Below are positions 1 to 9,342 of a stretch of DNA of 64,000 nt, in pieces. The translations under genes were made by a program, and so were the position numbers. The notes under the pieces were generated by a model. It saw only the letters and a program-made list of their open reading frames with translations. It was not told the origin of the DNA and searched no databases. The stretch lies in the NCBI GenBank assembly GCA_944383375.1, contig CALWPG010000005.1, positions 24,982 through 88,981 on the forward strand, in the 5' to 3' direction. Source of the DNA: an uncultured Clostridia bacterium (GTDB taxonomy: Bacteria > Bacillota > Clostridia > Christensenellales > UBA1242). The stretch's first letter is position 1. Each line of letters starts with the position of its first letter.

Positions 1-726
1 GACAATCGCCTTTTTGTCTTCAAGTTGTCCATACCTTTCTTCATGGTCACCAGCGCCAAAGCCTTTCTGCGAATTTTGCTCTTGTCTTTCAAGCAACTGA
101 TCTTTAAATTGCTTCGCTATCTCTCCCTTTAATTTATCGTTTAACTTAGAAAATTCTTTTTCGGCAGTACTTTCTGGTGTAGTTTTTTGCTGATTTGAGT
201 TTTGATCTTGACTTTGTGGAGACTTGCTATAATCCCATATGTTGTGATTTTCCACGTCTTCAAAATCCTGAGAAAGTTTTGGATTGGCTTTGAGTATGTC
301 ATATATTTCATCAGCCGACATGGTTTTGCCTTGTTCCATGCTTATCCCTTCTTTCAAAGGTTCAAACTTTTCTTCTTCCAATTTTGCATTTATGACAGCA
401 TCAGTCGCAATATTCCAAAGCCTTTGGTCTTTATTTTCTCCTCTCTTTACGTGATTAAAGTGTATGTGAAGATATTCATGAGCCAGCACAAACTGTCTTT
501 GACTTGGTGTCAACGATTTAAGAAAATTTCTATTATAATAAACGGTGTTTCCGTCGGTTGCAGCCGTAGCAATGGAAGAGTTTTCAACCAAAGGAACGTC
601 GCTTACAAAAACAGATATGATTGGGAATTTGTTTTTAATGGCTGTGAGCGCCTCTTCAATCATATCTTTTTCATTATCATTTTTGTATGCAACATCGGAA
701 AGCGTTTGTTTTTTAAAAAATTTCAT
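1..726 (-). CDS. Putative metallopeptidase, DUF2201_N-like (HExxH); N-terminal 242 aa visible, 3' end runs off the window
   Basis: Not in the ORF track because it is open to the window edge. I translated the minus strand by hand: ATG at 726-724 preceded by GGAG, giving MKFFKKQTLSDVAYKND...QFVLAHEYLHIHFNHVKRGENKDQRLWNIATDAVINAKLEEE. The HEYLH plus NIATDxxIN pattern is typical of the DUF2201 N-terminal putative peptidase domain. The frame stays open to base 1. Confidence 0.6.
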   Translation of the reverse strand, partial: MKFFKKQTLSDVAYKNDNEKDMIEEALTAIKNKFPIISVFVSDVPLVENSSIATAATDGNTVYYNRNFLKSLTPSQRQFVLAHEYLHIHFNHVKRGENKDQRLWNIATDAVINAKLEEEKFEPLKEGISMEQGKTMSADEIYDILKANPKLSQDFEDVENHNIWDYSKSPQSQDQNSNQQKTTPESTAEKEFSKLNDKLKGEIAKQFKDQLLERQEQNSQKGFGAGDHEERYGQLEDKKAIV

Positions 727-728
727 AT

Positions 729-1136
729 TTACTCCACTTTATAGGATATAGACAATGAAGCTATTATTGGGTTTAAGTCTTTCCCGTCTTTTTTACTTGT
801 CAACAAAATTTGTGCATTTGTTGGAAGCTTTACACCACTTATGGTCCTGTATTTTAGTATTTCATAAAATTTAAGTTGTTCTTCTGGTTCTATGTTATTT
901 ATTTCACTAATTACTAAATAAACTCTCTGTTTCAAACTCGCCTTTTTTTGAAGTTCGTTAAACCACATAGGATAACAGTAACCATTTTCTTCCGGAATAA
1001 CACCAAGATATTGCGAATTTATATCGCTTGGCAAAATGACAGTGCTATCTGATTCACTAAAATTTACTCCTTCAAGAATGAGTGGAGTAGAAAAATTGTT
1101 TTTGATTACAATTTTAATTTTTTCTTGTTTGTCCAT
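729..1136 (-). CDS. Hypothetical 135-aa protein between the AAA ATPase and the HExxH protein
   Basis: ORF 729..1142. The ATG at 1136 has AGGAG 5 nt upstream. Only 2-nt gaps separate it from both neighbouring genes. No recognisable motif. Confidence 0.5.
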   Translation of the reverse strand: MDKQEKIKIVIKNNFSTPLILEGVNFSESDSTVILPSDINSQYLGVIPEENGYCYPMWFNELQKKASLKQRVYLVISEINNIEPEEQLKFYEILKYRTISGVKLPTNAQILLTSKKDGKDLNPIIASLSISYKVE

Positions 1137-1144
1137 AACCACTC

Positions 1145-2281
1145 CTAAACTAAATCAAACACATCATTATCCAAATTTTCTTCTTGTTTGTTTTGCTCTT
1201 GTTCGTTTTTCAAAGGCTTTAAGTTAAATTCTTTATCTTGCAAACTTTTTAAAAGTATCAGCCTATCCTTATCGTCACCAGCCCAAAGTAAATCGTAATT
1301 GGTCAAAATCTCACTACCAAGATTTTGCTTGATGAACTGTCTAACAACACCAATATTTTCTTCACTTGCACTAAGTAAAGACATGGACAAAGTAATTTTG
1401 TTATCTAAACTTGAAGGAATTTTTCTTGCGTCAACATTTCCGTTTACTATGTCATCAATAGAGATATATTTTTGATTAATAAATTGCAAAAATGACATTG
1501 TTACAATGTCTCCCAGTTTGTTTACAAGCAGTTCTTTGGCGATGACACCATCGTTATCATAGATTATGTTACTAACCTGTTCCCACGCACGAGGATCAAT
1601 TGCAAATTTTTGCGGCTCTTCACTATCATATTGTGTATACAAAACTTTTTTTACATTTTGTCCTTTTCCTAAAGAGCTTAAATAGGCAATTACAGTTGGA
1701 TGCATTTTCAATCTATCGCTGCCATCTTCCCTTGGCTTACAACCCCATTTGATGATGGCATTTACATCCAAGTTAAGATATATGTGCCCGTCAACTCTCC
1801 TAAAAAGTGGCGCTGGCATGACATAGGCTGCATTGCTCTCCTCTTGGCTGTTACCAGCAAGTGCAATGCAAACATTTTTTGGCAGGTTGCTTTGTGCATC
1901 TGCTCTTATTCTTCTGTTAAGCACAACGTCATATATCATACTTTGAATGATAGGTTTAACATTGGTAACCTCGTCAATAAAAAGCACGTGATTGTGTTCT
2001 TTGTCCTGCTCACATCTCTTCTTTAGTTCTGTAAACCAAATTGGTGCAATCCATTTAGCCTCTCCGCTGGATAGATAAATAGTTTTTCCTATCACCTCTT
2101 CTGGCAACATATCATTTCTCAAAACTATTGAAACATAATTTGGATCTATCTCTTCCACACGCCTAGATTTACCTATGCCACTTGGTCCATGCAACATAAA
2201 AGTTTTGGCATGGTCAACATAAAATCTTATTTGATCATCTATTGACATCGGTTTATCTGAAATCTTAACACTATCACTCAT
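1145..2281 (-). CDS. AAA+ ATPase, MoxR/AAA_5-like
   Basis: Walker A HGPSGIGKSRR, Walker B VLFIDEVTN, and an arginine-rich sensor region (LFRRVDG). RBS AGGAG precedes the ATG. About 150 aa of unassigned C-terminal extension. Confidence 0.7.
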   Translation of the reverse strand: MSDSVKISDKPMSIDDQIRFYVDHAKTFMLHGPSGIGKSRRVEEIDPNYVSIVLRNDMLPEEVIGKTIYLSSGEAKWIAPIWFTELKKRCEQDKEHNHVLFIDEVTNVKPIIQSMIYDVVLNRRIRADAQSNLPKNVCIALAGNSQEESNAAYVMPAPLFRRVDGHIYLNLDVNAIIKWGCKPREDGSDRLKMHPTVIAYLSSLGKGQNVKKVLYTQYDSEEPQKFAIDPRAWEQVSNIIYDNDGVIAKELLVNKLGDIVTMSFLQFINQKYISIDDIVNGNVDARKIPSSLDNKITLSMSLLSASEENIGVVRQFIKQNLGSEILTNYDLLWAGDDKDRLILLKSLQDKEFNLKPLKNEQEQNKQEENLDNDVFDLV

Positions 2282-2326
2282 AATAACTCCTAATTAGGCA
2301 TATTATATCAAACTATTTTAATCTTT

Positions 2327-3004
2327 TCAATACTCAAAATTGCCACTTTTGTTTTGTTCGTCTCGCTCAATCAAAACAATTATTGAAGAAAACTTATCTT
2401 GTATATTTTGGTTTAACTTGTTTTTATATTGTTCAAACTGCTCTTTTGGCATCTCTTTTCTCATGTCATCAAGTCTTTGCACGATGACACTTAGTGCAGT
2501 TTTCAAAAATTTTTTACTTGACAGTAAATTTTGCTCCAATTGAAAAACATATTCCGGGTTTTTGTAGATTTCTTTGAAATATTCTGCATGATTAATATCC
2601 CAAAGGTTTTGATATATATCCAAATAACAAATTTTTTTACTTTCATCATTTGTAATAACCTTAGCCAAACCATTTGAAAAAACTGATTGGCTGGCAAATC
2701 TTTCTTTGAACAAATTTCCATCTTTATCTACAAATGTCCATCCGTCACACACTCGAACACAAGCAAAACCTTCATGAAAATCACAAACAAAATCAAACTT
2801 TTGTTTCCACATCTTCTCATTTTTATCTACAAAAGTCCATTCTCCATTTTGAAGTTGAACAGCGGCAAAACCTTCGTGAAAATTGCATATGAATATAAAC
2901 ATTGCCTCGTCACCATATAGATCACTCCAAAGTATTCCATCTGAATTTACAAATGTCCACTTTCCGTTTTTTAATTTTACTGGTTCTAAATATCTTCTTT
3001 TCAT
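2327..3004 (-). CDS. WG-repeat (KWG-like beta repeat) protein with the family C-terminal helical module
   Basis: Repeats of the type FHEGFAAVQLQNGEWTFVDKNEK. Start moved to M9 (MKRRYLEPVKLKNGKWTF), which then aligns in length with the N-termini of the three paralogs. The C-terminal ALSVIVQRLDDMRKE module is shared with 3031..4221, 52136..52702 and 52729..53502. Confidence 0.7.
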   Translation of the reverse strand: MKRRYLEPVKLKNGKWTFVNSDGILWSDLYGDEAMFIFICNFHEGFAAVQLQNGEWTFVDKNEKMWKQKFDFVCDFHEGFACVRVCDGWTFVDKDGNLFKERFASQSVFSNGLAKVITNDESKKICYLDIYQNLWDINHAEYFKEIYKNPEYVFQLEQNLLSSKKFLKTALSVIVQRLDDMRKEMPKEQFEQYKNKLNQNIQDKFSSIIVLIERDEQNKSGNFEY

Positions 3005-3030
3005 TTCATTCCCATAACATATATCCATTT

Positions 3031-4221
3031 TTAATATTCTCTATATTTTACATATATTCTATCTTGTCTTAATTCTTCAACCAAATCACCAAATTTCTCT
3101 TGTATTTTTTCATTTAATTTTGCTTTATAGCCTTCAAATTTTTCTTTAGGTGATGACTTTTCCATATCCACAAGCTTTTGTTTTATGACACTCAGTGCTG
3201 TTTTAAAGTATTTTTTGTCAATATTTTTAAGTTCAAAAAGTTGTTGTGGGTCACTGTAAATTTTATATAATTGGTTAGCTTCATCGCCCTCCCAAATATT
3301 TTCATATTTGTCCAGCACTTGCAATTTCTCAGGATCAAACTTAGACCTAAACTGTGCTAAACCTTTACAAAAATTATTCAAACTAATGTAATCTGAAGGT
3401 TCAAATCTACATTTCATCAAATTACCATTTGCATCCATAAAAGTTATGCTACCATTTCTTAAGGTAACACGCGCAAATCCTTCATGAAAGTCATTTGCGT
3501 CCACAAATTTATGTGCCACAAAGTTACCATCTGTGTCTACAAATGTGCGATACCCACCTTTTAGCTCCACAACAGCAAAGCCTTCGTGGAAGTCTTTTGC
3601 ACTCCAAAATCTATGTCTCATAAACTCGCCATTTGTATCTACATAAGTCCAGTCGCCACTTTTTAATTTAACAGCCGCGAAACCTTGGTGAAAGTTACTT
3701 GCGTATTTAAATTTGTGCTTCATCAGTTCACAATTTGCATCAATAAAAGTCCAATCCCCATTTTTTAATTGGACGGCTGCAAAACCTTCATGAAAGTCTC
3801 TTGTATCCAAAAATCTATGCTTTATTAAGTCTCCATTTCTATCCACAAAAGTACAGTCACCATTTTTTAATTCAACATGAGCAAAACCATCACGAAAACC
3901 ACTCGCATATTTAAACCCATGTTCTATCACATTACCATTTTTATCCAAAAAAGCATAATCATGGTTTTTTAATACAACCCGTGCGAAACCCTCTTGAAAG
4001 TTATCTGCACTCAAAAATCTATGCTCCAATAAATTTCCACTACAATCTACAAATGTCCGACCATCACACACTTGAACGCAAGCAAAACCTTCATGAAAAT
4101 CACTTATGTATGTAAACACTGCTTTTTCACCATAAACATCACTCCAAAGCGTTCCGTCTGGATTTTTAAAGGTATATTGTCCATAGCTTAGTTTTATTGG
4201 GCATGGATATTTTTCTTTCAT
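3031..4221 (-). CDS. WG-repeat protein (7-8 tandem ~37-aa repeats) with the family C-terminal module
   Basis: Seven to eight copies of DFHEGFAxVxLKNGDWTFVDxNGxLxxHRF, a WG_beta_rep-like pattern. No signal peptide. RBS GGAG upstream. Confidence 0.8.
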   Translation of the reverse strand: MKEKYPCPIKLSYGQYTFKNPDGTLWSDVYGEKAVFTYISDFHEGFACVQVCDGRTFVDCSGNLLEHRFLSADNFQEGFARVVLKNHDYAFLDKNGNVIEHGFKYASGFRDGFAHVELKNGDCTFVDRNGDLIKHRFLDTRDFHEGFAAVQLKNGDWTFIDANCELMKHKFKYASNFHQGFAAVKLKSGDWTYVDTNGEFMRHRFWSAKDFHEGFAVVELKGGYRTFVDTDGNFVAHKFVDANDFHEGFARVTLRNGSITFMDANGNLMKCRFEPSDYISLNNFCKGLAQFRSKFDPEKLQVLDKYENIWEGDEANQLYKIYSDPQQLFELKNIDKKYFKTALSVIKQKLVDMEKSSPKEKFEGYKAKLNEKIQEKFGDLVEELRQDRIYVKYREY

Positions 4222-4281
4222 TTTTACTCCTATGCTAATGTATCATAAAGCACGTTGGATGTCAATATAACAGAAAATGCA

Positions 4282-5187
4282 CTAAGACTGTGCATTTTTA
4301 CATTGTTCTATTTTCTTATGTTTTTGTCCAACCACTGTCATAACTATTCCAATGACCAGTGTGGAAAGCACAATAACTGCACCCACAATTGCATTTGGCA
4401 ATCTTGCGTTCATCTCGGGCGAAAAGGCTTGAAACATTGCCGTTTGAAGTGCAAAAATTGAAACCAAGGAATAGGCAAAACCAATATTTCTTATGGCCTG
4501 AGATATCATGTCATTTTTTGATCGGAAAATTTGTATAATTGAAAATACCAATCTATAAAATGTGTATGCTGCCATTGCATATATCATCAATCCAGCATAG
4601 GTGTAACTTTGATTGCTGATAACCATCTGAGCTATAGCTCCAGCTAGTGCCATGCTAAGTAAAATTATATATATGCCAGTGTTTCTGTATAGCATAGCGT
4701 CGTGCAATTTCAATTGGTCTGCGTCTTCAATTTTCCTTGAGTTTTTCTTTTTAAGCACTATATTTCCACGAATTAGTGATAGAGCGATATAAAACACCGA
4801 AAGCGCTCCATACCAAAAAGATCTACTAATTATTGCCATGACAAGCAAGAAAACCCCATAAAGTGTATTAAAGATATATGACAGTGTTGCAGATACTAAC
4901 GTCTTGAAAGAGTAATCTTCAAGATATTTTTTCGCATATTTATTTTTTTTGAGTTGATTTATAAAATAATTTTTTATTTTTGGACTCAATATCACCATTA
5001 AATATATAAAATAACACAAGAAAATAAATGAAACAGCATATAAAATATAAACCCAAAAACTTGTTATTTCAAAAGCCAATACAAGTATTATTCCCGCGAG
5101 AACACAAGCAAAAAGTAAGAAAAAAATAATGCAAAAAATAATGCTAGGATGTAATATTTTATTGATAATTTTTTGCAATATTTTCAT
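4282..5187 (-). CDS. Polytopic membrane protein, unknown function
   Basis: 301-aa ORF with about 8 hydrophobic segments. It sits 7 nt downstream of lysS on the same strand. Confidence 0.6.
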   Translation of the reverse strand: MKILQKIINKILHPSIIFCIIFFLLFACVLAGIILVLAFEITSFWVYILYAVSFIFLCYFIYLMVILSPKIKNYFINQLKKNKYAKKYLEDYSFKTLVSATLSYIFNTLYGVFLLVMAIISRSFWYGALSVFYIALSLIRGNIVLKKKNSRKIEDADQLKLHDAMLYRNTGIYIILLSMALAGAIAQMVISNQSYTYAGLMIYAMAAYTFYRLVFSIIQIFRSKNDMISQAIRNIGFAYSLVSIFALQTAMFQAFSPEMNARLPNAIVGAVIVLSTLVIGIVMTVVGQKHKKIEQCKNAQS

Positions 5188-5194
5188 AAACCAA

Positions 5195-6652
5195 TCACTT
5201 CATTAAAGGGAATAATACAACGTCACGGATAGACTCTTGATTAAATAATAGCATCATAAGTCTATCCACGCCAAAACCAAGACCTGAAATTGGTGGCATG
5301 CCATGTTCCATGGCAAGCACAAAGTCCTCATCAAGTTCCATTGCCTCATCGTCACCACTGCTCTTTGCCTTGACTTGCTTTTCAAGTTCAATGCGCTGAA
5401 CAATAGGATCAACAAGTTCGCTATAGGCTTTACAAAGTTCACTGCCCATGCATAGCACTTGAAATACATCAATTATTTTATTATTTTTGTCATTGCGTCT
5501 AGCGAGAGGAATCAAGCATGCGGGATAGTTGTAAAGCACGGTAGGCTGAATAATATTTTCCCTAATCTTTCGTTTGTAGATATAGTCAATGACTCCACCC
5601 AAGGTGTTTATGCCTTCAAAATCTGATTTTTCAAACAGGCCTCTTTTTGAGACTTCCTCAACAAGTTCATCACGGCTATCGTACTCCAAAAAGTCAAAGC
5701 CCAAAACTTTTGTCATCTCGTCAACATAGTTTATTCTCTTCCACTCGCCTGCAAAATTTAGTTTTTGACCCTGATATTCTATTTCAAGGCTACCTTTGAT
5801 TTCCATCAAAAGTGATTGAATAAACTTTGTATAAAGCTTAATGTTATCTTCAAAGTTCCAATAAGATGCATACCATTCAACCATAGTAAATTCTTGAAGA
5901 TGCTGAGTGTCCATACCTTCATTTCTAAAGCATTTTGCAACTTCAAATACCCTGTCAAAGCCACCTGCAATCACCTGCTTTAGATAAGTCTCGGGTGCAA
6001 TGCGCAAATTGCACTGTTTGTCCAAAGCATTGTGATGAGTAAAAAATGGCTTGGCAGATGCACCACAAACGGCAGATTGAAGTATTGGTGTTTCCACCTC
6101 CAAAAAGCCATTTTCTCCCAAAAATTTTCTGATAAAGGCAAGCACCTTACTTCTGCCCAAAAACACCTGTCGTGTTTGGTCATTGCTGATAAGATCAAGA
6201 TATCTTTGACGATATTTCGCCTCTTGATCCACAAGTCCATGGAATTTTTCTGGAAGTGGCCTGAGTGCTTTGCTAAGCAAAGTCACGCTGTGTGCTTTCA
6301 CTGTAATCTCACCTGTTTGTGTGTGATAAATTTCACCTTCAACACCAACAAAATCGCCAATGTCTATCATCTTTTTATAGAAGTCATATTCTGAGTCGTT
6401 CAATTCATTTATACCAACACTGACTTGAATTTTGTCTTCAATATCACGAATTTGCATAAAGCCAAACTTGCCCATGACTCTACGAAAAACCATTCTTCCA
6501 CAAACACGAACTTTTTCGCCGTCAGAGAGATTTCTTGCATCATGGATGGTATGAGTGCGATCAAATTTATCCTTGTATACAACAACACCCTGGTTTTTTA
6601 GTGTTTCAATTTTATTTCTTCTCACATCTATTTCGCTTGAAAGTTGTTCCAT
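5195..6652 (-). CDS. lysS: Lysine--tRNA ligase (class II)
   Basis: N-terminal OB-fold region (RVCGRMVFRRVMGKFGFMQIRD) and class II motifs (FRNEGMDTQHLQEFTMVEWY, GLGFGVDRLMMLL). 485 aa. Confidence 0.95.
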   Translation of the reverse strand: MEQLSSEIDVRRNKIETLKNQGVVVYKDKFDRTHTIHDARNLSDGEKVRVCGRMVFRRVMGKFGFMQIRDIEDKIQVSVGINELNDSEYDFYKKMIDIGDFVGVEGEIYHTQTGEITVKAHSVTLLSKALRPLPEKFHGLVDQEAKYRQRYLDLISNDQTRQVFLGRSKVLAFIRKFLGENGFLEVETPILQSAVCGASAKPFFTHHNALDKQCNLRIAPETYLKQVIAGGFDRVFEVAKCFRNEGMDTQHLQEFTMVEWYASYWNFEDNIKLYTKFIQSLLMEIKGSLEIEYQGQKLNFAGEWKRINYVDEMTKVLGFDFLEYDSRDELVEEVSKRGLFEKSDFEGINTLGGVIDYIYKRKIRENIIQPTVLYNYPACLIPLARRNDKNNKIIDVFQVLCMGSELCKAYSELVDPIVQRIELEKQVKAKSSGDDEAMELDEDFVLAMEHGMPPISGLGFGVDRLMMLLFNQESIRDVVLFPLMK

Positions 6653-6654
6653 TT

Positions 6655-8424
6655 TTAATCTTCCTTTATATCTAATTTAATATGCACTTCACGAAGTTGT
6701 TTTTCATCCACTTCACTTGGAGCATTCATCAAAACATCTTGTGCTTTTTTGTTCATAGGAAAAGCTATGACCTCGCGAATACTTTCATCTCCTGTAAGCA
6801 ACATAACCATTCTGTCAACACCTGGTGCAATGCCAGCATGTGGTGGAGCACCATAACAAAACGCGTTGTACATAGCTGGAAACTTTGCTTTGACATCTTC
6901 TTCGCCAAGTCCCACAATTTCAAAAGCCTTGCACATTAGGTTTGGATCATGGTTTCTCACAGCGCCGCTTGAAAGTTCCACACCATTGACCACCAAGTCA
7001 TATTGATACGCAAGCACTTTGAGTGCCTCTTCTGTGCTGCTTTCTGCCTTCAAAAGTGTATCAAGCCCACCCTGAGGCATAGAGAATGGGTTGTGGCAAA
7101 ATTCCAGTTTGCCTGATTCTTCACCAATTTCGTACATTGGAAAGTCAACTATCCAACAAAATTCATATTTTTCCTTATCCATATGCTCAGGACACATATT
7201 GCCAAGAAATTTAAGCATGACGCCTGCTGTTTTCTGCGCTGTTTTTTTATCTCCACAACAAAGTCCTACAAATGAATTTGGCTTTAGTCCAAGCTTTTTT
7301 AAGTCATCTTCCTTGTTTTGTAAAAACTTTGAAACACCACCAACCAAATTACCTTGCTCATCTGTTTTTAGCCAATATACCTTTTTCTCAGTTTGAACCT
7401 CTACATCCTCAATTAATTTATCTATCTCTTTTCTTGAAGCTTTGAAATTGTCTACAAAAATCGCCTGTGTGCTTGGGCTTTTGAATGGTTCAAAGTCAGT
7501 GTCCTTGACAACTTCGGTTACATCGGTAAGAGTAAGGTCAATTCGAAGGTCTGGTTTGTCTGAACCATACTTTCGCATAGCATCTTCATATTTTATCCTT
7601 TGAAAAGGTGCTTTGGATGCGCGTTTATAGTTTCCAAATTTTTCAAAAACTGGTGGCAATACACTTTCCACGACAGCAAATACATCGTCTTGACTTGCAA
7701 ATGCCATTTCCATGTCCAGTTGATAGAATTCGCCAGGAGAACGATCAGCTCTGGCGTCTTCATCACGAAAGCATGGCGCTATTTGAAAATATCTATCAAA
7801 ACCTGAGGCCATCAAAAGTTGCTTGAACTGCTGAGGAGCCTGAGGAAGTGCATAAAATTTACCCGGATAGTTTCTTGATGGGACCAAATAATCTCTTGCA
7901 CCTTCTGGAGATGAACTTGTGAGTATTGGTGTAGTTATCTCCAAAAAGCCTTGGTCAGTCATTGCGTTTCTCAATTCCCTTACGACATTGCTTCTAAGCA
8001 CTATCTTTTCTTTTACTTTTGGATTTCTTAGGTCAAGATATCTGTACTTTAGTCTGGTGTTTTCATCTGCATCTTTTGAAAAATTAATTTGAAAAGGAAG
8101 TTCACTATATTGGCATCTACCCAAGACTTCTATGCTGTTTATAACAACCTCAATATCTCCTGTTGGCATGTTTGGATTTTTACTTATCCTTTCACGCACA
8201 GTGCCTTGGATGCACACAGTTGACTCAGTGTTTATTTGGTCGACTTCACTCATCAAATTCTCATTGTCCACGACTGCTTGAGTTGTTCCATAAAAATCAC
8301 GAAGTACCAAAAAAGCAAGATTTTTGCTCACACGTCTTACATTTTCAAGCCAACCACAAAGTTGTACCTCTTTGCCAACATCACTTAATCTTAATTCTCC
8401 TAAATTGTGTGTACGATTTTGCAT
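6655..8424 (-). CDS. aspS: Aspartate--tRNA ligase
   Basis: QLCGWLENVRRVSKNLAFLVLRDFYG (OB fold), FQIAPCFRDEDARADRSPGEFYQLDMEMAF (motif 2) and GIAPGVDRMVMLL (motif 3). 589 aa, bacterial type with the insertion domain. Confidence 0.95.
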   Translation of the reverse strand: MQNRTHNLGELRLSDVGKEVQLCGWLENVRRVSKNLAFLVLRDFYGTTQAVVDNENLMSEVDQINTESTVCIQGTVRERISKNPNMPTGDIEVVINSIEVLGRCQYSELPFQINFSKDADENTRLKYRYLDLRNPKVKEKIVLRSNVVRELRNAMTDQGFLEITTPILTSSSPEGARDYLVPSRNYPGKFYALPQAPQQFKQLLMASGFDRYFQIAPCFRDEDARADRSPGEFYQLDMEMAFASQDDVFAVVESVLPPVFEKFGNYKRASKAPFQRIKYEDAMRKYGSDKPDLRIDLTLTDVTEVVKDTDFEPFKSPSTQAIFVDNFKASRKEIDKLIEDVEVQTEKKVYWLKTDEQGNLVGGVSKFLQNKEDDLKKLGLKPNSFVGLCCGDKKTAQKTAGVMLKFLGNMCPEHMDKEKYEFCWIVDFPMYEIGEESGKLEFCHNPFSMPQGGLDTLLKAESSTEEALKVLAYQYDLVVNGVELSSGAVRNHDPNLMCKAFEIVGLGEEDVKAKFPAMYNAFCYGAPPHAGIAPGVDRMVMLLTGDESIREVIAFPMNKKAQDVLMNAPSEVDEKQLREVHIKLDIKED

Positions 8425-8542
8425 AATATTTCCTTTATCTTAAAAAAACTAAGTTATTATAACATCAAAAAAGGCTTTGGTCAATTGTTGTATATTATTT
8501 TGCTTTTTACACAAAATATTTAGCGATATAAAAGGAGATATT

Positions 8543-9142
8543 ATGAAATTAAAAGACAGTTTAACTTATGAAAATTTGGCACGTGCTTATGCTGCAGAAT
8601 GCCAAGCACGAACAAGGTATGAATTTGTGGAATATGGTTTTAGATACAATGGTTATGAAGCAATTGCTCAAATAATCGACACCATAGCCTACCAAGAATT
8701 CAACCACGCACGTATGCTTTACACAAAAATTCAAGAGGCTGAAACAGAACAAATAGACAACATCAACATTTCTGCAGGTTTCCCTTTCAAAGAAAAATGG
8801 GAACTTTTGGACAATTTGAAACTTTTGGCTGAAGACGAGGAACTTGAGGCAGAGGCATACAGTGAGTTTATCAAAACAGCACAAGAGGAAGGATTTGATG
8901 AAATCGCACATCTATTTGAAATGATTATGGATGTGGAAATAAGACACAAAAACCTATTCAATGAACTTTACAAACAATTTAAAAATAAAACTGTGTATAA
9001 AAAAGCCAAAAAAGTTAGATGGATATGCCCATCGTGTGGATATGTAAGTTTCTCGGACGAAGCTTGGGAAGAATGTCCACTTTGCGAAGCAAAACAAGGC
9101 GTTTGTGAAGTTGTTATCCCTGAAGAACTTAGATGTTGGTAA
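8543..9142 (+). CDS. rbr: Rubrerythrin
   Basis: Start set to the ATG at 8543, behind AAAGGAGAT. Ferritin-like diiron helices (AAECQARTRYE, EFNHARM, EEELEAEAY, EIRHKN) plus a C-terminal rubredoxin-like CPSCG...CPLCEA. Confidence 0.9.
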   Translation: MKLKDSLTYENLARAYAAECQARTRYEFVEYGFRYNGYEAIAQIIDTIAYQEFNHARMLYTKIQEAETEQIDNINISAGFPFKEKWELLDNLKLLAEDEELEAEAYSEFIKTAQEEGFDEIAHLFEMIMDVEIRHKNLFNELYKQFKNKTVYKKAKKVRWICPSCGYVSFSDEAWEECPLCEAKQGVCEVVIPEELRCW

Positions 9143-9150
9143 AAAAACAA

Positions 9151-9182
9151 AAAAAACTCGTTGAGTTCAACGAGTTTTTTTT
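9151..9182. terminator. Bidirectional rho-independent terminator
   Basis: A-run, hairpin CTCGTTGA/TCAACGAG, then T-run. It can serve rbr (+) and the convergent gene c(9343..9915). Confidence 0.75.
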
Positions 9183-9196
9183 ATTTCCTTGTGGTT

Positions 9197-9340
9197 TGTC
9201 ATTCTGAGTTACTTAAGTTCAAAGGAATCTTAAGAGATTTCTCGCTATCGCTCGAAATGACAAGAGTGCGTCGCTCGAAATGACACCACCTACTGTCATT
9301 CCGAGTGGCATTGCCACGAGGAATCTCAAAGACATGTCAC
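9197..9340. repeat. Palindromic intergenic repeat cluster 1 (GTCATTYCGAG...CGAGRAATCTC family)
   Basis: Units at about 9198-9230 (forward), 9234-9263 (reverse), 9268-9285 (partial reverse) and 9295-9328 (forward). The first two form an imperfect palindrome of about 66 nt. Confidence 0.85.
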
Positions 9341-9342
9341 TT

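Noticed and set aside
202-744. 180-aa plus-strand ORF (and 545..751)
   Set aside because: Its composition is hydrophobic and low-complexity, and it has no RBS. It is antisense to the HExxH protein ORF, which has a clear motif, an RBS and operon context.
8477-8542. 22-codon N-terminal extension of the rubrerythrin ORF
   Set aside because: The extension is hydrophobic junk. The ATG at 8543 follows AAAGGAGAT and matches the usual rubrerythrin N-terminus.
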